A stretch of 64,000 bases of DNA from Tepidisphaera sp. Lineage in GTDB: Bacteria > Planctomycetota > Phycisphaerae > Phycisphaerales > UBA1924. Each line of letters opens with the position of its first letter. The first letter of the stretch is position 1. The position numbers were made by a program, and so were the translations under genes. Shown one piece after another: positions 1 through 7,273 of the stretch. The notes below the pieces were generated by a model. The model had not been told where the DNA came from, ran no database searches, and worked only from the letters and a program-made list of their open reading frames with translations. The DNA lies in assembly GCA_050916045.1 (NCBI GenBank), contig CP051526.1, positions 3,487,015 through 3,551,014 on the forward strand. The letters run 5' to 3'.

Positions 1-412
1 CCCGCGCGTTGCTCACCCAGATGAATCGGTTGATGTGCGCCACCCACGACTGTCGGATCTGCTCCGGTTCGAGCGCAAGCGGCGCCACCGCCGGCATTCC
101 CACCGCCCGCATCTCGTGCAGATACACATACTCCACGTCCGTGTCGTCATCCGCAAGCCACGGATTCTGCGTCAGCACGAAATCGATCAGGATCCCGTCC
201 CGAACCTGCCCCCAGTCCGCATCCGTGAAAAACGGAGGATTGATCCGCCGCCCCTCCGTCCGCAAACCCGTCCAGTTCGCGATGCACTGCCCCAGCCACA
301 TCGCTCGAAGCCGCCCCGCATACTCCGCCCGGTCCACCAATCGGTCACCTTGCCCCAGCGCCGTCGCCGCCATGCATGCGATGACCAACAAGACCGGAAG
401 CGAGCGTTTCAT
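1..412 (-). CDS. ADP-ribosylglycohydrolase-like secreted protein, N-terminal part (gene runs off the left edge)
   Basis: The minus-strand frame is open from ATG at 412-410 down to position 2. It is absent from the ORF track because it has no stop in the window. The translation MKRSLPVLLVIACMAATALGQG... has a signal peptide. The following RAMWLGQCIANWTGLRTEG resembles, from memory, the N-terminal motif of ADP-ribosylglycohydrolase family proteins. Confidence 0.45.
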   Translation of the reverse strand, partial: MKRSLPVLLVIACMAATALGQGDRLVDRAEYAGRLRAMWLGQCIANWTGLRTEGRRINPPFFTDADWGQVRDGILIDFVLTQNPWLADDDTDVEYVYLHEMRAVGMPAVAPLALEPEQIRQSWVAHINRFIWVSNAR

Positions 413-477
413 ACCCCAGTATCGCACGCTTCCACCTCCGCGCCAAGAAGAATGCCCCCCCGACGATCAATTCCCCG

Positions 478-837
478 CTAAACCCGAGCCCCCGTCGAGA
501 GCTTCATCAGAATCTCCGGCATGTCCCGATCGAACATCCCCCGCGTCATCACCCCGTCCGCTCCCGCATCCCGTGCCGCCTGAAGCAGCCCGCGCTCCAC
601 ATGCGGCCCGAACGCAAGCACCCGGATCGGCTTCTGCTCCTGCCGCGCCCGCCCGATCATCGCCATGGATTCCTCGGGTTTGTCCAGGTCCACCACCAAA
701 GCCACAACCTCGCAGTCCGCAAGCCGGGCTTCCAGCATCTCCACCGAACGCACCGGCCGGCAAGGCAGCCCCAGAGCATCCGCATGCCCCTTGATCTTGC
801 TCGCCCACATCAAATCCGCCGCCAGGTACAGGATCAT
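478..837 (-). CDS. small CheY-like (receiver-fold) protein, possibly a degenerate receiver
   Basis: 119-aa track ORF with an ATG start. It shows an alternating strand/helix hydrophobic pattern, with acidic residues at ILYLAADL and ALVVDLD as at receiver beta1/beta3 ends. There is no output domain. Assignment is by eye only. Confidence 0.35.
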   Translation of the reverse strand: MILYLAADLMWASKIKGHADALGLPCRPVRSVEMLEARLADCEVVALVVDLDKPEESMAMIGRARQEQKPIRVLAFGPHVERGLLQAARDAGADGVMTRGMFDRDMPEILMKLSTGARV

Positions 838-1049
838 GGCGGCAGCGTACGGACCCTCCCACCGGCATCGACGGGCCCCTCAACGCCTACTCGACCAAAA
901 TCCGTACCAGACCACCCCGATTGTTCCTGAAAGCGTTCCACCAGCAGGCCCAAACTTGCCTTCTCGGGCCGGTTCGCGGCTATCATGCGGGTTCCAACGG
1001 CCCCGCACGCGCGGGGTCATCCGCGTACCTGTCAGAGGGATTCACCGAG

Positions 1050-2387
1050 ATGAGCACCGCCGTCAAGCCGCCGAAAAACGTCCTCAAAGCGGACTACAAC
1101 AGCCCCATCTTCGAGGAACTCGGGTTCCCCACGGACACCAATAACCTCTACCGCCAGACCGTCGGCACCATGCTCCACGCCGCCGAGCTCATGGGCATGC
1201 CCCACCGCATCCAGATCATCCTCGCCCAGCCCAAAAACGAGATCATGGTCCACTTCCCCGTCCTCATGGACGACGGGTCGTACAAGCTCTTCAAGGGCTA
1301 CCGCGTTCAGCACAACAACGCTTCCGGCCCCTACAAGGGCGGCATCCGCTACCACTCCGACGTCCATCTCGACGACGTCAAGTCCCTCGCATTCCTCATG
1401 ACGATGAAGTGCTCCCTCTCCCGCCTCCCCTACGGCGGCGGCAAGGGCGGCGTGAAGTGCGACCCCCGCAAGCTCTCCCAGGGTGAGCTCCAGCGCGTCA
1501 CCCGCCGCTTCACCGCGGCCATCGCCCACGACATCGGCCCGGATTACGACATCCCCGCGCCCGACGTCAACACCAACGCCCAGATCATGGCGTGGATGGC
1601 AGACACCTACTCCACCATCACCGAAGGCTCCGGCAAGGACGGCATGGCCGTCGTCACCGGCAAGCCCGTCGAGATCGGCGGCTCCCTCGGCCGCGAGAAA
1701 GCCACCGGCCAGGGCGTCATCGACGTCCTCCTCGAACTCCTCCCCGAGATGGGCATCACCGCCAAGGGCTGCACCTTCAGCGTCCTGGGTTTCGGAAACG
1801 TCGGCTCCTGGTCTGGCAAGATCTTCCAAAGCCACGGCGCCAAGATGATCACCGTCGCCGACCACACCGGCGCCATCCGCAACGACAAGGGCATCGACGC
1901 CAACGAGCTCTCCGAGCACGTCGCCAAGACCGGCGGCGTCGCGGGCTTCAAGAACGCGACCGCCATCAGCAACGAAGAGTTCTACAAGACCGCCGTGGAT
2001 GTCTTCATCCCCTGCGCCCTCGAGCAGATGATCAAGGAGAAGGAAGCCCAGTGGCTCAACTGCAAGGTCGTCGCCGAGGGCGCCAACGCCCCTACGACCC
2101 CCGCAGGCGAGCGCGTCCTCCTCACCAAGGGCATCGAGGTCCTCCCCGCCATCCTCTGCAACTCCGGCGGCGTCACCGTCAGCTACTTCGAGTGGGTCCA
2201 GAACAAGACCTCCTCCTACTGGGACATCGAAGAGGTTGACAAGAAGCTCAACCAGCACATGGTCGCCGCCGCCCGCCGCACCAAGGTCGCCCGCCACCGC
2301 TACGAGTGCGACATGCGGACCGCCGCCTACATCGCCGCCCTCGACGCCCTCAACAAGGTCTACCAGAGCCGCGGCATCTGGCCGTAA
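1050..2387 (+). CDS. gdhA: glutamate dehydrogenase (Glu/Leu/Phe/Val dehydrogenase family)
   Basis: Track ORF 921..2387 (TTG start) trimmed to the in-frame ATG at 1050 (MSTAVKPPKN...). Hallmark motifs are KGGIRYH, LPYGGGKGG and the GFGNVG dinucleotide fold. A strong terminator follows. Confidence 0.9.
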   Translation: MSTAVKPPKNVLKADYNSPIFEELGFPTDTNNLYRQTVGTMLHAAELMGMPHRIQIILAQPKNEIMVHFPVLMDDGSYKLFKGYRVQHNNASGPYKGGIRYHSDVHLDDVKSLAFLMTMKCSLSRLPYGGGKGGVKCDPRKLSQGELQRVTRRFTAAIAHDIGPDYDIPAPDVNTNAQIMAWMADTYSTITEGSGKDGMAVVTGKPVEIGGSLGREKATGQGVIDVLLELLPEMGITAKGCTFSVLGFGNVGSWSGKIFQSHGAKMITVADHTGAIRNDKGIDANELSEHVAKTGGVAGFKNATAISNEEFYKTAVDVFIPCALEQMIKEKEAQWLNCKVVAEGANAPTTPAGERVLLTKGIEVLPAILCNSGGVTVSYFEWVQNKTSSYWDIEEVDKKLNQHMVAAARRTKVARHRYECDMRTAAYIAALDALNKVYQSRGIWP

Positions 2388-2413
2388 GCCCAGACCCTTC
2401 AGCATCAGATCGC

Positions 2414-2445
2414 AAAACCCCCGGCGCGAGTGCCGGGGGTTTTTC
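2414..2445 (+). terminator. rho-independent terminator of gdhA
   Basis: Perfect 8-bp GC stem: cccccggc (2418-2425), loop gcgagt, gccggggg (2432-2439). A ttttt run follows at 2440-2444, 30 nt after the gdhA stop. Confidence 0.75.
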
Positions 2446-2547
2446 GTTCGTGCGCCAGAGCGAACAGTGTTGACATACCGAGTTCAGGCAGTTCTTGTGC
2501 ATCGTGAACATCGAGCAAATTTCCGCTATCGAATGAGAAGGCCCTTC

Positions 2548-2569
2548 GCACTAAATTCTCTTTTAGTGC
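2548..2569. promoter_or_regulatory. perfect inverted repeat GCACTAAA-N6-TTTAGTGC (candidate operator or 5'-UTR hairpin)
   Basis: 8+8 bp perfect palindrome inside an AT-richer spacer, about 45 nt upstream of the ATG at 2614. A consensus TTGACA lies at 2470-2475. The repeat is certain; its function is not. Confidence 0.35.
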
Positions 2570-2613
2570 TCGATGTTCGTGCCGTGACTGGGCCAAGACA
2601 AAAGGAGTGACAT

Positions 2614-5523
2614 ATGTCAAATCAAGGGCGATCGATTCTTTGCATAGGGTGCATCGCGACGACGTTGACCGGGTCAGCGCTCGGGCAAGGGTGCGTCGAA
2701 CTCCGCGATCTCTATCCGCTGAGCCGGGACGGGCACGCGATGGCGCCGGATCGAAACGGACATCTTGTGATGGTCGGCGGAGATCACTGGCGCGACCCGG
2801 AACGGGTCTTGAGCGATACCTGGACCTTCGACGGGACGACATGGCGCGAGCATCGCGGCCCCGGCCCGTCGGCGCAGTCCGGGCACTTCATGGCGTATGA
2901 CTCACACCGTGCCATGACAATCCTGCTCGGGACGTTCACGCAAGGAGGAGACGGACGCGAGGTGGGGGAGTGGGACGGATCCGGCTGGTCGGCACGGACG
3001 GTGTACATCGAGGGCATCCACACGCATGGGATGGTCTACGACCCCGTTGATCGACAGTGCGTCGTCGCATGCGCCGGGGGCCAGACCACCGTGTGGGATC
3101 CGTCGGCGATCGTCGGGGGCACGTCCAGCTACTACTCGCCCGTGACCTCTTCGCTCAAGTTCGCGCGCATGGCGTACGACGCGTCGCGGAACGCGATCGT
3201 CCTCGTCGGCGTCGACTACGAGGAAGAATCGCTCGGCGTCCAGACGTTCACCTGGGACCGCGCCGCTCATCGCTGGGTCCGATTCGTCGGGCCGACCATC
3301 GAGTACCGCACTGAATACTCGCTCGCGTACGACCCTGTGCGGCGGAGCGTGGCGTTGCTCTCCGGGATCGACGGCTATCCTGAGATGAACGGCCGCGGAG
3401 ACGTGTGGGATTTCAACGGCGTCTCATGGACGCGCCGTCTCACGGGCGGGCCGAGTCGCTTTCGCGCCGCCGCCGCGACCGCCGCCGATGGGAGCATCGT
3501 GCAGTTCGGCGGATTGGATCCGGATCAGAGCATTGCTCTGATCGGATCAACGACACTCACGCTTCGCGGCACAACGTACACCATGCCAACCACGAATCTC
3601 TCCGAGCGGCGAGAGGATTTCTCGGTCGTCTTCGACACATGGCGCTCGATACCGATCGCCATCCGAGGCACCAACTTCGGCGGGTTCGGCACAACGGACC
3701 TGAGCGAGACCTGGGGGTGGAACGGCTCGACATGGACCGTGCTGACCGACGGGTTGCCTCCGATGCGGGGAGCTTCCGGAGCGGTGTTCGATTCCACGCG
3801 GGGCGTCACCGTCATGTTCGGAGGGCTCCTTGACAACTGGCCGTCCTCGGGCGAGACCTGGGAACTCGGCAATGTCGCGGGATCGTGGGCCTGGAATCGA
3901 CGCGCGATGTCGGGGCCCTCGGCGCGAGCGTTCCCGTGCATGGCGTTTGACTCCCGTCGAAATGTGACGGTCCTGTTCGGCGGCGCGACCTCTCCCTATT
4001 CCGATCCGCTGCTGCAGGACACCTGGGAGTGGGACGGGAGCACCTGGACGCTCCGCGCGATCACAGGGCCTCGGCCTGCCAAAGGACGGCTGATGACCTA
4101 CGACACGAACCGGGGCGTGTGTGTTCTGGTCCGCGGCGGTAACGATCGTGACCCCCTCGACGATATCGATCCCGAGGTTTGGGAGTGGGACGGGAACGCC
4201 TGGACAATGAGGACGCCCACTTCGAGCGACCCTGGAAGGTACAGCAGGCCGCTGGTCGTCACCTACGACGCGGCACGCCGAGTGACGGAGGTCGCCTGGT
4301 CTACGCCATACGGGCGTGGCCTGTCCCGGGAGCTTTGGGAGTGGGACGGGAACGCCTGGACCATGCGATCCGATCTGCTCGCTCGCCATCAGCAGAACGG
4401 GAACGCCTACTTCAACCCCACGACCGGCAGCGTGTTGTACATGGACGCGTGGGGCTTCGAAAATCACACCTACACGGGCTCGCCGTACGAGTTGCGAATC
4501 ACCGGCGACTTGGGAATTGTGGAGATGCCCCCGCGCGAAACGTTCGTGGAGTTCGGGCAAACCGCCGAGTTTCGTGTGCGTGCGGTGGGCGAAGGGCCCT
4601 TCACCTATCAGTGGTTCGGCGCCCCGAACTGCGACCGGCTTGTCGACGGGGGTCGTATCTCGGGATCCCAGACCGATACGCTCACCATTGCAGAGACAAC
4701 GCCGGGCGACCAGGTGTGTTTGATTTTCTGCAAGGTAACGTCCGCGTCATGCGGAGAACTCCAAACCCATCGGGGTTTCCTCCGCGTCAACTGCCTGACA
4801 AGCATTGACGAGCAGCCCGAGGCAGTCGAGACCAACTTTGGTCAACCCGCGTCGTTCCATGTCGGCGCGAGCGGTAGCCCACCGATCTCATACCGCTGGC
4901 TCCGTGACGGCGCACCTCTGGTCGACGATGGCGTCATTGCCGGTAGTGACACCGACACGCTGACCCTTTCCGCGACCCGCGTGGCGGATCGGGGCGTTTA
5001 CACGGTCTCGGTCAGCGACCAATGCTCGACCGTGAGCAGTCGCCCCGCGCAACTTCGCGTCAACTGCCTCACAAGAATTGATGAGCATCCCGACGCAGTC
5101 GAGACCCACCTGGGTCAACCCGCGTCGTTCCACGTCGACGCGAGCGGGAGCCCACCGATCTCATACCGCTGGCTCCGTGACGGCGCACCTCTGGTCGACG
5201 ATGGCGTCATTGCCGGAAGCGCCACCGACACGCTGACCCTTTCCGCGACTCGCGTGGCGGATCGGGGCGTTTACACGGTCTCGGTCAGCGACCAGTGCTC
5301 GACCGTGAGCAGTCTCCCCGCGCAACTGACCTTCTTGTGCACGGGACGGATCGCGGATTTCAACGGCGACGGGTTTGTCGACTTCTTCGACTACGACACA
5401 TTTGTGGAGTGCTTCGAGCACGTCACCTGTCCGCCCGGAACGACCGCAGATTTCAACGCCGACGGCTTTGTCGATATGGCCGACTACATCGCGTTCGTCG
5501 AATCCTACGAAATGGGGTGCTGA
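2614..5523 (+). CDS. secreted surface protein: Kelch-like beta-propeller repeats, three Ig-like modules and a C-terminal GC-terminated dockerin
   Basis: 969-aa ORF with a signal-like N-terminus (MSNQGRSILCIGCIATTLTGSALGQG). It has recurring blade motifs such as DTWEWDGSTW and EVWEWDGNAW. Three Ig-like modules of about 90 aa follow (PPISYRWLRDGAPL...GVYTVSVSDQC). The tail reads DFNGDGFVDFFDYDTFV...ADFNADGFVDMADYIAFVESYEMGC-stop. Confidence 0.8.
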   Translation: MSNQGRSILCIGCIATTLTGSALGQGCVELRDLYPLSRDGHAMAPDRNGHLVMVGGDHWRDPERVLSDTWTFDGTTWREHRGPGPSAQSGHFMAYDSHRAMTILLGTFTQGGDGREVGEWDGSGWSARTVYIEGIHTHGMVYDPVDRQCVVACAGGQTTVWDPSAIVGGTSSYYSPVTSSLKFARMAYDASRNAIVLVGVDYEEESLGVQTFTWDRAAHRWVRFVGPTIEYRTEYSLAYDPVRRSVALLSGIDGYPEMNGRGDVWDFNGVSWTRRLTGGPSRFRAAAATAADGSIVQFGGLDPDQSIALIGSTTLTLRGTTYTMPTTNLSERREDFSVVFDTWRSIPIAIRGTNFGGFGTTDLSETWGWNGSTWTVLTDGLPPMRGASGAVFDSTRGVTVMFGGLLDNWPSSGETWELGNVAGSWAWNRRAMSGPSARAFPCMAFDSRRNVTVLFGGATSPYSDPLLQDTWEWDGSTWTLRAITGPRPAKGRLMTYDTNRGVCVLVRGGNDRDPLDDIDPEVWEWDGNAWTMRTPTSSDPGRYSRPLVVTYDAARRVTEVAWSTPYGRGLSRELWEWDGNAWTMRSDLLARHQQNGNAYFNPTTGSVLYMDAWGFENHTYTGSPYELRITGDLGIVEMPPRETFVEFGQTAEFRVRAVGEGPFTYQWFGAPNCDRLVDGGRISGSQTDTLTIAETTPGDQVCLIFCKVTSASCGELQTHRGFLRVNCLTSIDEQPEAVETNFGQPASFHVGASGSPPISYRWLRDGAPLVDDGVIAGSDTDTLTLSATRVADRGVYTVSVSDQCSTVSSRPAQLRVNCLTRIDEHPDAVETHLGQPASFHVDASGSPPISYRWLRDGAPLVDDGVIAGSATDTLTLSATRVADRGVYTVSVSDQCSTVSSLPAQLTFLCTGRIADFNGDGFVDFFDYDTFVECFEHVTCPPGTTADFNADGFVDMADYIAFVESYEMGC
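4783..5328 (+). repeat. tandem duplication of a 273-bp (91-codon) Ig-like module
   Basis: Unit 1 (4783-5055) and unit 2 (5056-5328) both begin cgcgtcaactgcct. Long stretches are identical, with only scattered substitutions. The peptides are RVNCLTSIDEQPEAVETNFGQPASFHVGASGSPPISYRW... and RVNCLTRIDEHPDAVETHLGQPASFHVDASGSPPISYRW... Confidence 0.95.
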
Positions 5524-5563
5524 ACCGCCCGCCGTCCGCGTGCACCGTCCTCACAGCTCAGCC

Positions 5564-5602
5564 CCGCGCTCCCGGTCTCCGATCCACGGAACCGGAGCGC
5601 GG
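5564..5602. terminator. imperfect hairpin between convergent genes (possible bidirectional terminator)
   Basis: ccgcgctcccggt (5564-5576) pairs with accggagcgcgg (5591-5602) with one bulged C. It lies between the stop at 5523 (+) and the stop at 5612 (-). The T-tract is weak. Confidence 0.3.
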
Positions 5603-5611
5603 AGCTTTGAC

Positions 5612-6400
5612 TCACGGATAATCCTGCCGCGTCCCCCGAAGCACCACATCGCCCCAGTGCACGTGCGCCGCTTTGCTCGTGATCGTCGTCACGACCTCCG
5701 CGATGTCCTTCGCGTCAAGCACCGGCCCGATCCGCTCGAACGTCGCTTTCAGCCACTCCTCCGAGTACCCCGCGACGCCCTGGAACTCGCTCACCACGAA
5801 TCCCGGCTCGATCAGGCTCACGCGGATCCCCTTGGGCCCAAGCTCGCGCCGCGCCGCTTCCGCAAGCGAGTTCACCGCGAACTTCGTCGCTCCGTACATG
5901 CTGCTGAACGGCGAGATGTGCCGCCCCACCGTCGACCCGAGCACCACGATGTCGCGAGCCTGCGTCGTCCACGCTTTCCCCGCCGCCGCGTCATCCGCGA
6001 TCTCGCGAAGCATCCGCTCCGCCGCCGCCCGGATCAGCTTGGCCGCGCCCATCAGGTTCGTACGGACCATGTCCTCCCACTGCGAGGTGTCGCTCGTCAC
6101 GACCGACCCGTTGAGGCCGCGCCCCGCGTTCACGACGACCAGATTCGCTTCCCGTCGCCCCGCGCCGAACCGCTCCTTCGCGATCTCAAACATCGACCCC
6201 ACCACCGCATCGTCCGCGCAGTCCCCCACCGCCGAAGCGACATCCTCAGGCCCAAGCTCTTTGGCCAGCGACTCAAGCCGCTCCTTGCGGCGAGCGTTCA
6301 GCACCACCGTCGCCCCTTGCCCGACAAGCTCGCGAGCAATCGCTTCACCAATCCCCGCCGATGCCCCCGTCACCACCGCAATCCGCTGCTTGAGTTTCAT
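5612..6400 (-). CDS. short-chain dehydrogenase/reductase (SDR) family oxidoreductase
   Basis: Track ORF 5612..6484 trimmed to the ATG at 6400 (MKLKQRIAVVTGASAGIGEAIA). It has the TGxxxGIG cofactor motif, NAG, and the catalytic YGATK. Confidence 0.85.
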   Translation of the reverse strand: MKLKQRIAVVTGASAGIGEAIARELVGQGATVVLNARRKERLESLAKELGPEDVASAVGDCADDAVVGSMFEIAKERFGAGRREANLVVVNAGRGLNGSVVTSDTSQWEDMVRTNLMGAAKLIRAAAERMLREIADDAAAGKAWTTQARDIVVLGSTVGRHISPFSSMYGATKFAVNSLAEAARRELGPKGIRVSLIEPGFVVSEFQGVAGYSEEWLKATFERIGPVLDAKDIAEVVTTITSKAAHVHWGDVVLRGTRQDYP

Positions 6401-6524
6401 AGCCCCAAGCGTAGACCGCCCCCTCCCGAGCCCGAGCGTCAGCGAGTGGATCCCCCGCCTTCGCCCTCGGGTGCCCGGAACCATCCGCTTCCGTGGTCCT
6501 CGCCGATTCCGCTACGATTCCCGC

Positions 6525-7211
6525 ATGCGGCGAGCCGTCATCTGCCTCCTCTCCGGCACGTTCTTGACAGCGGCGACCGCCACCCTCGCTGCGATCTGGG
6601 CTCCGCTCCCCAAGCAGCTCAGCCTCACGCTCAGCAGCGACCATGACCAGACCGTCTCGACACTCCAAGGCCGCACCCCGTTCACGACTCGCCTGCTCCG
6701 AGCACTGGACAACCTCGGCTATTGGGATCTCACGGTCGAACGATGGAGCGGATGGGGATGCGAACTCACGGAGATGAGCTCGCACCCGCTTGCCGACGTC
6801 CTGATCAGCGGTTCTGGCCCCGCAAAAAGCGGCCCCACCGAGCTGCGCACCGGCTGGCCGTTCCTAAGCTTCTCCGCCGCGCCTGCCCTCTTTCTGGCTG
6901 ATCAACAATCAAGCTGGCAGCAAGGCCTGCTCGTGACCAAACCCTGGGTCCGCAATCTTCCATCGAACTCGATGGCTCTCGCGCTCGGGTCACCCCCCAC
7001 GACGATCGTGCCGCTTAAGCCCGAGATGCTCCCGCTCCTCGGCAACATCGCCTTCTGGGGAGGCGTGTCCTACCTCTTGATGTACTTCCCGTTGGACGCT
7101 CGCCGCATCCTCAGACGCCGTCGCGGCAAGTGCACGCAGTGCGGCTACCCCGTGCGCAACCTCACCCACTGCCCCGAGTGCGGCCCCGACCAGACTTCGA
7201 CGGCGAAGTGA
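6525..7211 (+). CDS. membrane protein with C-terminal zinc-ribbon tail (RRRRGKCTQCGYPVRNLTHCPECG), function unknown
   Basis: In-frame ATG at 6525 inside track ORF 5673..7211; the upstream part of that ORF is antisense to the SDR gene. The protein has an N-terminal hydrophobic segment, a domain of about 170 aa, a second hydrophobic segment (LLGNIAFWGGVSYLLMYF), an Arg run and then CxxCGY-x8-CPECG. Confidence 0.6.
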   Translation: MRRAVICLLSGTFLTAATATLAAIWAPLPKQLSLTLSSDHDQTVSTLQGRTPFTTRLLRALDNLGYWDLTVERWSGWGCELTEMSSHPLADVLISGSGPAKSGPTELRTGWPFLSFSAAPALFLADQQSSWQQGLLVTKPWVRNLPSNSMALALGSPPTTIVPLKPEMLPLLGNIAFWGGVSYLLMYFPLDARRILRRRRGKCTQCGYPVRNLTHCPECGPDQTSTAK

Positions 7212-7273
7212 ACGCGCTCGCCCCGCTCGCTCTTGCTCGGGGCTCGGTGCTCGCTCCCCCGTATGATCGCGCC

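Noticed and set aside
2548-2569. Palindrome interpreted as a CIRCE/HrcA heat-shock operator.
   Set aside because: CIRCE is TTAGCACTC-N9-GAGTGCTAA. Here the arms are GCACTAAA/TTTAGTGC, in the reverse arrangement with a 6-nt spacer. The downstream gene is a surface protein, not a chaperone. The palindrome is kept as a generic candidate operator only.
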